Origin: Gammaproteobacteria bacterium
GTDB taxonomy: Bacteria > Pseudomonadota > Gammaproteobacteria > UBA9214
DNA length: 36,886 nucleotides
Direction of reading: 5' to 3'
Assembly (NCBI GenBank): GCA_049665685.1
Contig: JBATGJ010000078.1
Coordinates: 1-36,886, forward strand
Shown piece after piece: positions 18,242 to 28,891 of the stretch. Every line of letters begins with the position of its first letter. Positions within the stretch are counted from its first letter, which is position 1. The notes under the pieces are model-generated. The model was not told where the DNA came from. It did no database searches and saw only the letters and a list, made by a program, of their open reading frames with translations. Both the position numbers and the translations under genes were made by a program.

Positions 18242-19132
18242 TCAGTCGGGGAACACCCCGGTCGAGAGATAACGGTCACCGCGGTCGCAGATAATGGCCA
18301 CGATCACCGCATCCTCGACCTGAGCTGACAGCTCGAGTGCAGCCGCTACGGAACCCCCCGAGGAAATGCCGGCAAAGATACCTTCCTGCGATGCCAGCGC
18401 CAGGGTCGTCTGCTCGGCGACCGCCTGCGTGACCTCGATGGTTCGATCAACGCGCGAGGCGTCATAGATCGAGGGCAGATACGCTTCCGGCCAGCGCCGT
18501 ATACCGGGTATCGAGGACCCCTCCGCGGGTGTCACACCGACAATCTCGATGGCGGGATTCTGTTCCTTGAGATAACGGGACGTGCCCATGATCGTACCGG
18601 TGGTACCCATGGAACTGACGAAATGGGTAATGCTGCCTGCTGTGTCGCGCCAGATCTCCGGACCGGTCGTCTCATAATGCGCCAGTGGATTATCCGGATT
18701 GGCAAACTGGTCCAGCACGCATCCCTCGCCGCGCGCCGCCATTTCCTGCGCCAGATCACGCGCACCTTCCATGCTGGCCTCCTTGCTGACCAGGATAATC
18801 TCTGCGCCAAAGGCCTTCATCACCGCGCGCCGCTCCATGCTCATGTGTTCAGGCATGATCAGCAGCATTCGATAGCCTTTCATGGCCGCGACCATGGCCA
18901 GCGCGATGCCGGTGTTGCCGCTGGTCGCCTCGATCAGGGTATCACCCGGGCTGAGTTCCCCGCGCTCCTCCGCATGACGGATCATGCTGAGTGCCGGGCG
19001 GTCCTTGACCGAACCGGCAGGATTATTGCCCTCCAGCTTGGCCAGTAGCGTGTTGCTGGTGTTGCCGGGCAGTCGCTGGAGACGCACCAGCGGTGTATTG
19101 CCAACGGTTGCTTCAAGTGTCGGATAGTTCAT
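18242..19132 (-). CDS. cysM: Cysteine synthase B (O-acetylserine sulfhydrylase B)
   Basis: GNTPLVRLQRL...KLEGNNPAGSVKDRPALSMI (PLP lysine) ...EATSGNTGIALAMVAAMKGYRM. 296 aa and closely CysM-like. Confidence 0.9.
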   Translation of the reverse strand: MNYPTLEATVGNTPLVRLQRLPGNTSNTLLAKLEGNNPAGSVKDRPALSMIRHAEERGELSPGDTLIEATSGNTGIALAMVAAMKGYRMLLIMPEHMSMERRAVMKAFGAEIILVSKEASMEGARDLAQEMAARGEGCVLDQFANPDNPLAHYETTGPEIWRDTAGSITHFVSSMGTTGTIMGTSRYLKEQNPAIEIVGVTPAEGSSIPGIRRWPEAYLPSIYDASRVDRTIEVTQAVAEQTTLALASQEGIFAGISSGGSVAAALELSAQVEDAVIVAIICDRGDRYLSTGVFPD

Positions 19133-19314
19133 CCTGATCTGGCCTCGATGCCTGTTGCCGACAGTATACCCAAGAACATGAAATGTCAGACAATCGATGA
19201 CGGCGATTACCTACCTGCCGGCCATGGCCATGCCAGTTGTATTCAATTACGATTCACCTGCCGGTGCATCGAGCGACACCGGACTCTGAATCCGGGCAGG
19301 GCCTCTGGCGTGCA

Positions 19315-19830
19315 ATGAAAAAAATCTACGCGTGGATACTGGTGGCAGTCGCCGCGGCAGCGCTCATCCGGGTGCTACTGGGCGACAGCGAGGAACAAAG
19401 AATGCTTGATCAGCTGGAGCAGATCCGTGTGCTGGCCGAGGTCCGGGACCAGGAAAACCCGCTCACCCGGCTCGGCAGGGCCAAGCAGCTCAGCACCCTG
19501 TTCACTGCACAAACACGCTATGACCTGACCACATTGGGTCATGGCATCACGGTAATCAACAGCCGCGATGAGCTGGCGCAACGGATCCTGGCGGGACGCA
19601 GCAAGCTGGTAACGCTGGAACTCGGTCTGCTGGCACCGGAAGTGCAGATTGATGGAGATCGGGCCATAGTCGTCATCACGGGTACGGCGCTGGGCGCCAC
19701 GCACGGCGGTGAGGGTCAATTCATGGATGTCCACAGGATTGAGATCGAACTTGTCGAAGAAGACGGTGACTGGCTGGTGAGCGGTGGACGTCACATCCGT
19801 GATGAACGCGCCGCCTTCACCAATGAGTAA
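19315..19830 (+). CDS. Hypothetical secreted/membrane-anchored protein (possibly NTF2/SnoaL-like fold)
   Basis: MKKIYAWILVAVAAAALIRVLLG signal/anchor. 171 aa with no recognisable catalytic motif. The ATG at 19315 is preferred over the track TTG start at 19237. Confidence 0.6.
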   Translation: MKKIYAWILVAVAAAALIRVLLGDSEEQRMLDQLEQIRVLAEVRDQENPLTRLGRAKQLSTLFTAQTRYDLTTLGHGITVINSRDELAQRILAGRSKLVTLELGLLAPEVQIDGDRAIVVITGTALGATHGGEGQFMDVHRIEIELVEEDGDWLVSGGRHIRDERAAFTNE

Positions 19831-19886
19831 TCATGCTTGCCCGATGTAACCGGTCAGGCAGAAACACAGTACAAGGAGATCGCGAT

Positions 19887-20306
19887 ATGCTGAAAAACCT
19901 TGGCAGGCGAATGTCGGCGCTGTTTGCACCGCGTCCCGTTGCAGGTGCGACCGGCCCGCAGACGCTTGCGGCTGTACCTGGCCGGGATGATGATGAGCGG
20001 CAGCCGGACGCAATCAACCGCAAGTTCTCGCGGGAGATGTTCGCCCGGTTACTTATCGAACTGCCGGCCCACCGCCAGGCCATGAGCACGGCCTATGCGG
20101 CAGGCAATCAGCGTCGCCTGCGTGACTGTGTACACCAGCTGCTGGGTGCCGCGGCCTACTGCGACGCACCTGAACTGGAGGACGGACTGCGCGAATTGCA
20201 CCTGGCCCTGAAGACGGAGCATCCGCCAGGCATCGATGGCCGCTTTCAGCATGCCATCGGGGTGATTGACAGCACACTGGCCAGCAGCGGGTATCATGGA
20301 CCGTGA
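19887..20306 (+). CDS. Stand-alone Hpt (histidine phosphotransfer) domain protein
   Basis: AGGAG lies 8 nt upstream of the ATG at 19887. Hpt signature ...[32 protein letters not shown] (H-x-L-x-G). Confidence 0.65.
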   Translation: MLKNLGRRMSALFAPRPVAGATGPQTLAAVPGRDDDERQPDAINRKFSREMFARLLIELPAHRQAMSTAYAAGNQRRLRDCVHQLLGAAAYCDAPELEDGLRELHLALKTEHPPGIDGRFQHAIGVIDSTLASSGYHGP

Positions 20307-21022
20307 CGTGCCTGCAACATCAGGCGCTTCATCTCGCGGACCGCTTCGGCCAGCCCGGTAAACAGGGCCCGGGCCATAAGTGCATGGCCGATATTCAGCT
20401 CCAGGATGTCAGGGATCGCGGCAATTTCAGCAACATTGTGGTAATTGATACCGTGTCCGGCATGCACCCTGAGGCCGGCCTGCACACCCAGCCGCACGGC
20501 CTCGACGATGCGCGCCAGTTCGGCCGCTCGCACCGTAGGGGTCGCCGCGTCGGCAAAGTGTCCGGTATGAATTTCGATACAGGGCGCGCCACACTCGGCC
20601 GCCGCCGTTATCTGTTCCGGTTCCGCATCGATAAACAGTGACACGCGCACACCGGCCCGGGCAAGACGATCGCAGGCCTCCCGTATCCGTGGAAGCTGCC
20701 CGGCCACATCCAGCCCGCCTTCCGTAGTAAGCTCCTCGCGCCGCTCCGGCACCAGGCAACAGTCTTCCGGCACGGTCTGCTCGGCAAAGGCGAGCATCTC
20801 ATCCGCTACCGCCATTTCCAGGTTCATGCGCGTCTGCAGGATATCCTTCAACAGGATGACATCACGCTCCTGGATATGCCGCCGGTCTTCGCGCAGGTGC
20901 AGCGTGATACTGTCCGCACCGGCCTGTTCCGCCTCGATGGCTGCCTGTACGGGATCTGGGTAGCGTGTCCCGCGGGCCTGTCGCAGCGTTGCAACATGGT
21001 CGATATTTACACCCAGTAACAT
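20294..21022 (-). CDS. pdxJ: Pyridoxine 5'-phosphate synthase
   Basis: [18 protein letters not shown]... 242 aa, in the recO-pdxJ context. Confidence 0.95.
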   Translation of the reverse strand: MLLGVNIDHVATLRQARGTRYPDPVQAAIEAEQAGADSITLHLREDRRHIQERDVILLKDILQTRMNLEMAVADEMLAFAEQTVPEDCCLVPERREELTTEGGLDVAGQLPRIREACDRLARAGVRVSLFIDAEPEQITAAAECGAPCIEIHTGHFADAATPTVRAAELARIVEAVRLGVQAGLRVHAGHGINYHNVAEIAAIPDILELNIGHALMARALFTGLAEAVREMKRLMLQARHGP

Positions 21023-21802
21023 CTAGCCACCCGTTTCCAAGTTGATCCCCTTATCCGTGGCATCCGTTGTCGGGCGTCGCAAGGAAATCATCGACGCCAG
21101 TTGATTCAGCACCACACGCGTCTTCAGGGGGCGCGCACCCAGATACAGCGACAGTGCAGCACGTGTCAGCCGGCGGACCTCGTGGCACGCCCGGCGCCCC
21201 TCAAGGCACTCCTCCGACAAGGCCAGCAGGCTGGCGCCCTGCAGGTAGATGCCCTCGCCGTCCTGCTGCCGGCAACGCACGGGTCCCTGCTCAAGCCGGT
21301 ATTCATACAGGGCGGACGGGTCGACCACCACGCCGGAGTCGAACTCGCGATCCAGCAACAGACCATAGCCCAGTTCCTGCAACAGGTGCTTCTCGAAATA
21401 GCGCAGGGCCTGCTCCTCTGCCTCGCCAAGGTCTTCGATGGCCCGTTCATAGGCAGTGAACAGCGCCGGGTGCGGGTCATATCGCGTCAGCAGGCGCAGC
21501 AACAGTTCGTTCAGATAGCTCACACACAGTACCCTGCGACCATCTGCGGGAACCGGCAGTGCACGGGCCTCGGCACCGGTCAGGGTGCCAAGCTCGCCCC
21601 GCATGGTCCAGGATAGCAGCAGCGGCCGCAGCAGTTGCAGCTCGCCATTGCGACGCGATTTGGGCGAACGCGCGCCACGCGCAACCAGCCCCACGCGACC
21701 ATGAGTGCGGCTGAATACCTCGACCAGCAGACTCGAGTCCCGGTAAGGATAACGGTGCAGCACCCAGGCGGGTTCCAGCGATACGCGTTCAACTGCGCCC
21801 AT
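21023..21802 (-). CDS. recO: DNA repair protein RecO
   Basis: N-terminal OB-fold pattern AWVLHRYPYRDSSLLVEVFSRTHGRVGLVARGARS. Position between era and pdxJ, with its stop abutting the pdxJ start. Confidence 0.9.
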   Translation of the reverse strand: MGAVERVSLEPAWVLHRYPYRDSSLLVEVFSRTHGRVGLVARGARSPKSRRNGELQLLRPLLLSWTMRGELGTLTGAEARALPVPADGRRVLCVSYLNELLLRLLTRYDPHPALFTAYERAIEDLGEAEEQALRYFEKHLLQELGYGLLLDREFDSGVVVDPSALYEYRLEQGPVRCRQQDGEGIYLQGASLLALSEECLEGRRACHEVRRLTRAALSLYLGARPLKTRVVLNQLASMISLRRPTTDATDKGINLETGG

Positions 21803-21885
21803 CGGGATTCTGTCCTCCAGGAGACTGTTTCATGCACACCACTTTACCGGAAAAGGGCAGCGCCTGCCCCGGCGGGTGGCGGGGC

Positions 21886-22785
21886 CTATTCGGTGTCCGT
21901 GTACCCGAGGCTGCGCAGCGCCCGCTCATCGTCCGCCCACCCTTCCTTGACCTTGACCCATAACTTCAGGTTCACCTTGCTGTCCAGCAGCGCCTCGATA
22001 TCCCGGCGCGCCTGTTGCCCGACTTCCTTGAGCAGCCGCCCCTGCCTGCCGATGACGATCGACTTCTGGCTTGCGCGTTCCACCCAGATCAGTGCATGGA
22101 TGTGGATAATGTTCTGCTTGCGTACAAAGGACTCGATTTCGACAGTCAGCCCGTAGGGTAATTCCCGCGTGAGCTTGCGAAACAGTTTCTCGCGGACCAG
22201 TTCGGCGACAAGAAAGCGCTCCGACCGGTCAGTGATCTGGTCTTCCGGAAAATAGGGCGGTGAGACCGGTAGCAGCGACTCGATACAGGCCTCGAGTTCC
22301 GGCACATTGTCACCGTACTCGGCCGAGATGGGAATGATTTCGGCAAACTCGCGTTTTTCGGACAGCGTTTGCATACCCGGCAACAACACCGAGCGGTTTT
22401 CCAGCAGGTCCACCTTGTTCACGGCCAGGATCACAGGACAATCCACTTGCGCCAGTTTTTTCAGAACCAGCTCGTCATCGGCGGTCCAGCCGAGGCCATC
22501 TACCAGGAAGACGACAACATCGACGTCCAGCAGGACGCTGCTGGCCGTACGGTTCATGTGCCGGTTCATGGCCCGGCCACTGAATGTGTGGATACCCGGC
22601 GTATCAACGTAGATCAACTGCGCAGTGTCATGCGTCTTTATGCCCAGCACACGGTGGCGGGTAGTTTGCGGGCGCCTGGATGTGATGCTGATCTTCTGCC
22701 CGAGTATGCGGTTCAGCAGTGTCGACTTGCCCGTATTCGGGCGGCCAACGAGGGCGATGTAGCCACAGCGGAATTCTTCCGGCAT
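21886..22785 (-). CDS. era: GTPase Era
   Basis: G1 [16 protein letters not shown] and NKVD motifs, plus a C-terminal KH domain. The ATG at 22785 lies 4 nt after the rnc stop. The track ORF (to 22878) overlaps rnc and is too long. Confidence 0.92.
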   Translation of the reverse strand: MPEEFRCGYIALVGRPNTGKSTLLNRILGQKISITSRRPQTTRHRVLGIKTHDTAQLIYVDTPGIHTFSGRAMNRHMNRTASSVLLDVDVVVFLVDGLGWTADDELVLKKLAQVDCPVILAVNKVDLLENRSVLLPGMQTLSEKREFAEIIPISAEYGDNVPELEACIESLLPVSPPYFPEDQITDRSERFLVAELVREKLFRKLTRELPYGLTVEIESFVRKQNIIHIHALIWVERASQKSIVIGRQGRLLKEVGQQARRDIEALLDSKVNLKLWVKVKEGWADDERALRSLGYTDTE

Positions 22786-22789
22786 GTGT

Positions 22790-23464
22790 TCAATCAGCCT
22801 CGAGTTGGCGGAGCATCTTACTGGCTGCTTCCTGTTCGGCATGCCGGCGGCTGGCACCTTCGCCGTTACACGGTTCATGCCCTGCTACTGTACAGATCAC
22901 CTCGAAATACCGTGCATGCGCCTTGCCGCTTACGTCCTTTACCGTGTAGTCCGGCAATTCAAGATGACGCGCCTGCAGATATTCCTGCAAGCGCGTCTTG
23001 GCATCCTTGAGCACCACCGTGTCGGACAGGCTGGCGAGCTTGTCCGCATAAAGTTGCAGGATGCACTGACGACAGGTCGCGAAGTCGCTGTCGAGGTAAA
23101 TGGCTCCGAAGATGGCCTCGAGGGCATCCGAGAGTATGGACTCCCGTCGATGGCCACCGCTTTTGCGTTCTCCCTGACCGAGTCGCAGGAAGTCACCGAT
23201 AGCCAGGCGCTTGCCGATCTCAGCCAGTGTCTCCCGCCGGACCAGGCTGGAGCGCAGACGGCTCAGCCGCCCCTCCCTGACATGCGGGAAGTTGTGAAAC
23301 AGCTCATCCGCAATGACGCAGCCAAGCAAGGCATCGCCCAGGAATTCGAGACGCTCATTGTTGCTGTTGCCGAGACTGCGATGCGTGAGTGCCTTGTGCA
23401 GCAGCTCGGGGTCGGAAAACGTGTAACCCAGTTCTTTTTCAAGCCGGGTCGTTGGCTGCATCAA
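22790..23464 (-). CDS. rnc: Ribonuclease III
   Basis: RNase III signature [13 protein letters not shown], plus a C-terminal dsRBD. Confidence 0.95.
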   Translation of the reverse strand: MMQPTTRLEKELGYTFSDPELLHKALTHRSLGNSNNERLEFLGDALLGCVIADELFHNFPHVREGRLSRLRSSLVRRETLAEIGKRLAIGDFLRLGQGERKSGGHRRESILSDALEAIFGAIYLDSDFATCRQCILQLYADKLASLSDTVVLKDAKTRLQEYLQARHLELPDYTVKDVSGKAHARYFEVICTVAGHEPCNGEGASRRHAEQEAASKMLRQLEAD

Positions 23465-23829
23465 TACCTCTTCACCGTGACCTCTTTCTCGAAGTCCATG
23501 ACCACATAAACATTGCCCATTATGTGTTCGGACTTTTCATAGGCGGCGGTCACAGTGTAATTATTACCGACGGGCTTGATAACCACATCTGCCGGCGTAA
23601 TGACATCCACGTAACTGATTTCAAAGCGGCGCTCCAGCAGTTTCCTGATCTCGCGGGGATTGCTGAAACCCGACTCTTTCTCCAGGGCGTCCAGCGTCGA
23701 AACTACCTTGAAGTAATCCAGATAGGCCGGCACCATCCGTAACGCCAGCAGCACGAAAAAACCGATCATTACAAGGACAAGCAGCCAACCAATAGCTGTC
23801 ATACCGCGCTGGTGATTCATTGAACGCAT
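23461..23829 (-). CDS. DUF4845 domain-containing membrane protein
   Basis: TM segment GWLLVLVMIGFFVLLALRMVPAYLDYFKV. Conserved lepB-DUF4845-rnc position. The start could be a downstream ATG. Confidence 0.75.
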   Translation of the reverse strand: MRSMNHQRGMTAIGWLLVLVMIGFFVLLALRMVPAYLDYFKVVSTLDALEKESGFSNPREIRKLLERRFEISYVDVITPADVVIKPVGNNYTVTAAYEKSEHIMGNVYVVMDFEKEVTVKRY

Positions 23830-23858
23830 TTGTAGTCTCCTGTTACCACAATGTTGAT

Positions 23859-24686
23859 TTACAAGATTTTTGTGCCGATCCGTCCGAAGTCGACACCTCC
23901 ATTTGCACTATCCCAGTTCATCCAGATACGGAACGCCTTGCCGACAAGATTGGCCTCCGGCACTGCGCCCCAGAAACGACTGTCGTTGCTGTTGTCGCGA
24001 TTGTCTCCCATTACGAAATACTCACCTTCGGGCACCACAAACTCACCTTCCATTCCGGGTGTTCTCGTCATCACGAGAATATCATGCCGGACACCGTCAA
24101 GCTGCTCGGTGCGCTTGCTGGCACCTGACATGGAAATTCCCGACCCCTTGCCAATATAGACGCCCGCCGGCACCTGGCCAATCGCTTCTCCATTGATGTA
24201 AACGACCTTGTTGAAATAACCCACCCGATCACCCGGCAACCCGACAACACGCTTGATGTAATCGACCGCAGGATCTTTTGGGTAACGGAACACCACCACG
24301 TCACCGCGCTGCGGCTCACCGATCTCGATAATCTTGCTGTCCAGCACCGGCAAACGTATACCGTAAGAGAACTTGTTGACGAGGATAAAGTCGCCAACCA
24401 GCAGGGTTGGCATCATGGACCCGGAGGGAATCCTGAACGGCTCGACCAGGAAAGAGCGTAACAGCAACACCGCCAGAATGACCGGGAAAAACGACTTGCT
24501 GTATTCAACCAGGGTGGACTCCTTCAGCGCGCGCCTGACCCTGTCCGAGTCGCTGCCCTCACCCTTCTGCACCAGTTCGTCGGCGCGTCGGCGCCGGCGG
24601 GACGCAAACAGCATCGCATCAAGTGCCCAGGTCACACCTGTGAGCAGAGTCGCACCAACCAGAATTGTCGGAAAATCAATATTCAT
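23859..24686 (-). CDS. lepB: Signal peptidase I
   Basis: Catalytic Ser box PSGSMMPTLLVGD, Lys box YIKRVVGLPGD, and GDNRDNSNDSRFWG. Confidence 0.95.
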   Translation of the reverse strand: MNIDFPTILVGATLLTGVTWALDAMLFASRRRRRADELVQKGEGSDSDRVRRALKESTLVEYSKSFFPVILAVLLLRSFLVEPFRIPSGSMMPTLLVGDFILVNKFSYGIRLPVLDSKIIEIGEPQRGDVVVFRYPKDPAVDYIKRVVGLPGDRVGYFNKVVYINGEAIGQVPAGVYIGKGSGISMSGASKRTEQLDGVRHDILVMTRTPGMEGEFVVPEGEYFVMGDNRDNSNDSRFWGAVPEANLVGKAFRIWMNWDSANGGVDFGRIGTKIL

Positions 24687-24747
24687 TCTTTCCTCATCTC
24701 TAAGTCATTCACCAGGCACTCATACCTGCAAAGTTCAGGATCGGAGC

Positions 24748-26550
24748 CTATTCATTATCAACACGCAACACCGCCAGGAATGCGGCCTGGGGTATCTCGA
24801 CCTTGCCAAACTGTTTCATGCGCTTCTTGCCGGCCTTCTGCTTGTCGAGCAGCTTGCGCTTGCGTGATACGTCGCCACCGTAGCACTTGGCAGTGACATT
24901 CTTGCGCAGCGCCTTGACATTGGTGCGCGCAATGATCTGCGCGCCGATCGCCGACTGGATGGCGACATCATACATCTGCCGTGGAATAAGCTCTTTCATT
25001 TTCGAGGCCAGCAACCGGCCGCGTGACTGGGCCGCATCGCGGTGAACAATCAGCGACAGGGCGTCCACGCGCTCCCCGTTGATGAGTATATCCAGCTTGA
25101 CCAGGGGGGCCACCTGGAAGCGAACAAAATGGTAGTCAAACGATGCATATCCACGACTGACCGATTTCAACCGGTCAAAAAAGTCCAGCACGACTTCACT
25201 CAGCGGCAGCTCGTAATTCAGGGAAACCTGGTTACCCAGATACTGCATGTCCTTCTGCACACCGCGCTTCTCGATACACAGGCTGATCACGCTGCCGACA
25301 TAGTCCTGCGGGACAAGGATATTGGCCAGGATGATCGGCTCGCGAATCTCGTCGATCCTGTTAACTGCCGGAAGGCTGGCCGGGTTATCGATCTTCAGCA
25401 ATTCACCATCCGTGGTCATCACCTCGTAAATCACCGTTGGCGCAGTCGTTATCAGGTCGAGATCATATTCCCGCTCAAGCCGTTCCTGCACGATCTCCAT
25501 GTGCAGCATGCCGAGAAAACCGCAGCGGAACCCGAAGCCGAGCGCCTCGGAGGTTTCCGGTTCGTAGTGAAGCGCCGCATCGTTTAGTCGCAGCTTCTGC
25601 AAGGCATCCCGGAGGTTTTCGTAGTCGTCCGTACTGACCGGGTAGAGCCCGGCAAAGACATTCGGCTGGATGGTCTTGAAGCCCGGCAACGACGCTGCCG
25701 CCGGTGCCCGGGACAGCGTCAGTGTGTCACCGACCGGTGCCCCGTCGATGTCCTTGATACCGGCAATCAGGAAACCCACATCACCGGCCGAAAGCTGCTC
25801 GCGGTCCTCCCGTTTCGGTGTAAAAACACCCAGCCGCTCAACCTGAAAATCACGCCCGGTGGACATCACCCTGACCTTGTCACGCCGGCCTAGCCGGCCG
25901 TCCACGATACGCAGCAGTGATATCACACCCACATAACTATCGAACCATGAATCGATAATCAGCGCCTTCAGGGGCGCGTTGACATCGCCGCGCGGGGACG
26001 GTACCCGCCGGATCAGTTCCTCGAGGACATCCTCGACACCCTCGCCGGTCTTGGCGCTGACGCGAATGGCATCTTCGGCTTCAAGCCCGATTATCTCCTC
26101 GATCTCGCGGATGACACGCTCCGGCTCGGCTGCCGGCAGGTCGATCTTGTTCAGCACCGGTACGACCTCGAGGTCCAGGTCGATAGCGGTATAGCAGTTG
26201 GCCACACTTTGCGCCTCGACACCCTGCGCTGCATCCACCACCAGCAGGGCGCCCTCGCAGGCAGCCAGCGAGCGCGACACCTCGTAGGAAAAATCCACAT
26301 GGCCGGGCGTATCGATCAGGTTGAGCTCGTACACCTGGCCGTTTCTGGCCAGGTATTTCAGTGACACACTTTGCGCCTTGATGGTAATCCCGCGCTCGCG
26401 TTCCAGATCCATGGAATCAAGCACCTGGTTGCCCATCTCCCGTTCGGTCAGGCCACCGCACACCTGGATGAAGCGGTCGGCCAGGGTTGATTTGCCATGG
26501 TCGATATGCGCGATGATGGAAAAATTCCGAACGTGCTGGCTGTCAGTCAT
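24748..26550 (-). CDS. lepA: Elongation factor 4
   Basis: [20 protein letters not shown]-domain. 600 aa with the LepA C-terminal domain. Confidence 0.95.
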   Translation of the reverse strand: MTDSQHVRNFSIIAHIDHGKSTLADRFIQVCGGLTEREMGNQVLDSMDLERERGITIKAQSVSLKYLARNGQVYELNLIDTPGHVDFSYEVSRSLAACEGALLVVDAAQGVEAQSVANCYTAIDLDLEVVPVLNKIDLPAAEPERVIREIEEIIGLEAEDAIRVSAKTGEGVEDVLEELIRRVPSPRGDVNAPLKALIIDSWFDSYVGVISLLRIVDGRLGRRDKVRVMSTGRDFQVERLGVFTPKREDREQLSAGDVGFLIAGIKDIDGAPVGDTLTLSRAPAAASLPGFKTIQPNVFAGLYPVSTDDYENLRDALQKLRLNDAALHYEPETSEALGFGFRCGFLGMLHMEIVQERLEREYDLDLITTAPTVIYEVMTTDGELLKIDNPASLPAVNRIDEIREPIILANILVPQDYVGSVISLCIEKRGVQKDMQYLGNQVSLNYELPLSEVVLDFFDRLKSVSRGYASFDYHFVRFQVAPLVKLDILINGERVDALSLIVHRDAAQSRGRLLASKMKELIPRQMYDVAIQSAIGAQIIARTNVKALRKNVTAKCYGGDVSRKRKLLDKQKAGKKRMKQFGKVEIPQAAFLAVLRVDNE

Positions 26551-26637
26551 GGAGGCAGGGCGCTTGCGCAGTGCCGCCCTGGTTGGCGGCCGGTGATGTG
26601 CGAGAAACTCGTTATTGTACAGGAAGATTCAGTCGCG

Positions 26638-26904
26638 TCACTCTACCCTGCCCGATGCTTTGCCGGAACCGGCGCACCATGCCCGCAGCCGGTCCGCATC
26701 GAGAAAATAGTGACACAGCTCAACGTCTTCGCCCGTCAGCACCGGCACCTGTGCCCCGTAGCGCTCGACCAGGACGGGGTCCCGGTCGATGTCGATCTCC
26801 GACACAGTGAACCCCAGCTCGTCCTGCAGGCGGCGCAGCGCCACGGTCATATCGCTACACAGGTGGCATCCCCGGCGGACATAGACCGTGAGATGCTTTT
26901 TCAC
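26638..26904 (-). CDS. Glutaredoxin-like small protein (DUF836-type)
   Basis: 88 aa. CxxC motif in YVRRGCHLCSDM, with a thioredoxin-fold pattern. Confidence 0.7.
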   Translation of the reverse strand: MKKHLTVYVRRGCHLCSDMTVALRRLQDELGFTVSEIDIDRDPVLVERYGAQVPVLTGEDVELCHYFLDADRLRAWCAGSGKASGRVE

Positions 26905-26944
26905 GCTGTCCAGCCGGGTCGTACCATGCCCGGTCAGCTTATCC

Positions 26945-28363
26945 TCAAGACTCGGGAATCTTCAGGGCCAGGAAGGTCGGGCTGCCGCCACGTTGCACCA
27001 GTGCGGCGACCGACTTGCCGGTTGGCAGGCCGTCGATCATCTCCTGAAACTGCTGCGGACTCTTCACCGGCTTGTTGTCGATGCTGAGGATGACGTCACC
27101 CTTGCGCATACCGGCCCGTGAGGCTGCACCGTTCTCGATGCGATCGACCACAACACCGTGGTCGATCTCGAGCTCCTGCATCAGCTCTTTGTCCAGTTCA
27201 CTCACGGTAATCCCCAGGCGATTGGTCTTCATCGTCTCGGGCCGGCCCGCCCTCGCCTGGACTTCGTCTTCGGGCAACTCGCCGAGTTTCACCTTGAGGA
27301 TCTGCTTGCGGGCATTGCGCATGATCTCGACCGGCAGCTTCACGCCTACCTTGCTGCTACCGACGATGGGCGGCAGGTTGGCCGAGCTCTTGACATCCTT
27401 GCCATTAAATTGAACGATAATATCACCCACCTCAATACCGGCTGCCTGTGCGGGGCTGTCCGGCAACACCTTGGCGACCAGCGCGCCACGCGGCTGGGGC
27501 ATGCCGAAGGACTCGGCGAGGTCACGCGTAACGTCCTGGATCAGCACACCCAGCCAGCCGCGACTGACCCGGCCAGAGGTCTTCAACTGGTCAGCCACAT
27601 CCATGGCAACCTCAATGGGAATGGCGAAAGACAGGCCCATGTACCCGCCGGTACGGCTGTAAATCTGTGAATTCACCCCGACCACTTCACCTTCCTGGTT
27701 GAACAACGGGCCACCGGAGTTACCCGGGTTGATGGCGACGTCGGTCTGGATGAAGGGCACGTAATTCTCGCTCGGCAGACTGCGGCCCTTGGCGCTGACG
27801 ATACCAGCGGTTGCCGAGTGATCGAAACCGAACGGCGAACCGATCGCCAGGACCCATTCACCGACTTCCAGATCGCTGGATTTGCCGATCCGTGCAACCG
27901 GCAGATCGGTGGCCTCGATCTTGAGCAGGGCAACGTCACTGCGCTTGTCTACGCCGATCACCTCGCCCATGAGTTCGCGACGGTCGCTCAGGCGCACGAT
28001 GATTTCATCGGCATCATTGACCACGTGGTAATTGGTCAGCACATAACCGTCCTGGGAAATGATGAAGCCGGAGCCAAGCGACTTGGCGTCACGGTAGGCT
28101 GGCGAGTCCTGATCCTGATCGAAGAAGTACTTGAACAGTTCGCCAAACGGACTGCCTTCCGGCAGGTCGGGTATTTCAAACCCCTCCGGCAATTCGGGCA
28201 TGCCGGTCTGCACCTTCTGGGTGGTACTGATATTGACGACCGACGGGCTGGTATTCTTGATCAGGTCGGTAAAGCTCGGCAGGACGTGGCCTGCCTGCAC
28301 CGCCTGCAGGTATCCCAGCAGGAATACACCCATAAATACTGTAAATCTTCTTACTGACAACAT
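26945..28363 (-). CDS. mucD: Periplasmic serine endoprotease DegP/MucD family (two PDZ domains)
   Basis: Signal peptide. His/Asp/Ser triad with GNSGGPLF, and two PDZ-like segments. Located downstream of rseC as in algU-mucABCD operons. Confidence 0.9.
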   Translation of the reverse strand: MLSVRRFTVFMGVFLLGYLQAVQAGHVLPSFTDLIKNTSPSVVNISTTQKVQTGMPELPEGFEIPDLPEGSPFGELFKYFFDQDQDSPAYRDAKSLGSGFIISQDGYVLTNYHVVNDADEIIVRLSDRRELMGEVIGVDKRSDVALLKIEATDLPVARIGKSSDLEVGEWVLAIGSPFGFDHSATAGIVSAKGRSLPSENYVPFIQTDVAINPGNSGGPLFNQEGEVVGVNSQIYSRTGGYMGLSFAIPIEVAMDVADQLKTSGRVSRGWLGVLIQDVTRDLAESFGMPQPRGALVAKVLPDSPAQAAGIEVGDIIVQFNGKDVKSSANLPPIVGSSKVGVKLPVEIMRNARKQILKVKLGELPEDEVQARAGRPETMKTNRLGITVSELDKELMQELEIDHGVVVDRIENGAASRAGMRKGDVILSIDNKPVKSPQQFQEMIDGLPTGKSVAALVQRGGSPTFLALKIPES

Positions 28364-28425
28364 ACTGTGATCTCCATAATATTACTGTTTGTCTACGGCC
28401 GAGGTACGCGCACCTTAAGCCGGGT

Positions 28426-28890
28426 TCAGGTGGTCGGGATCCGCATCTCGCGACGCAACAATACCGGCTGAAATGTTTCGTTTGCCTGACTGGCGCGGCT
28501 GAATCGCCCAAGCCAGGTCAGCCCTGCCACGAAGCCCGCACCTGCACCGGCCATGGCGGGCAGGTCTGTGGCGGCCTCTGCCAGGTAGCCACCGGCCAGC
28601 TGTCCGGCTATCGCACCGGCAAACAGGCCAGCCAGCGGGACAGCGTACACCGCGAGGGAGCCACGCACTACGCCGGATTCAGCGATACCGATCACGACCT
28701 GATCGCCGATGGCGGCATCAATCCTGTTGACAACCCGCAGGCGCATTCGTTTCCTGCCGAGCACTTTCGCAATCACACCGGTACCGCAGCCCGCGCGGGC
28801 GGCGCAACTCCCGCAGCTGGTCTCTCGCTCACTCTCGACCCAGGCGAATTCACCGTCCACATCCACGACACGCCCGGTTTCCTCAAGCAT
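28426..28890 (-). CDS. rseC: SoxR-reducing system / sigma-E regulator RseC (MucC)
   Basis: N-terminus GRVVDVDGEFAWVESERETSCGSCAARAGCG, then two TM segments. 154 aa. Confidence 0.85.
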   Translation of the reverse strand: MLEETGRVVDVDGEFAWVESERETSCGSCAARAGCGTGVIAKVLGRKRMRLRVVNRIDAAIGDQVVIGIAESGVVRGSLAVYAVPLAGLFAGAIAGQLAGGYLAEAATDLPAMAGAGAGFVAGLTWLGRFSRASQANETFQPVLLRREMRIPTT

Positions 28891-28891
28891 G

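Noticed and set aside
19315-19830. 171-aa protein as a remnant of the GacS/BarA periplasmic sensor domain
   Set aside because: It has a single N-terminal anchor only, with no second TM or HAMP remnant. It looks more like a small NTF2-like periplasmic protein.
26553-26577. Hairpin CAGGGCG-N12-CGCCCTG immediately upstream of the lepA ATG
   Set aside because: It has a short stem, a large loop and no T-tract. It may influence lepA translation initiation, but there is no supporting evidence from sequence alone.
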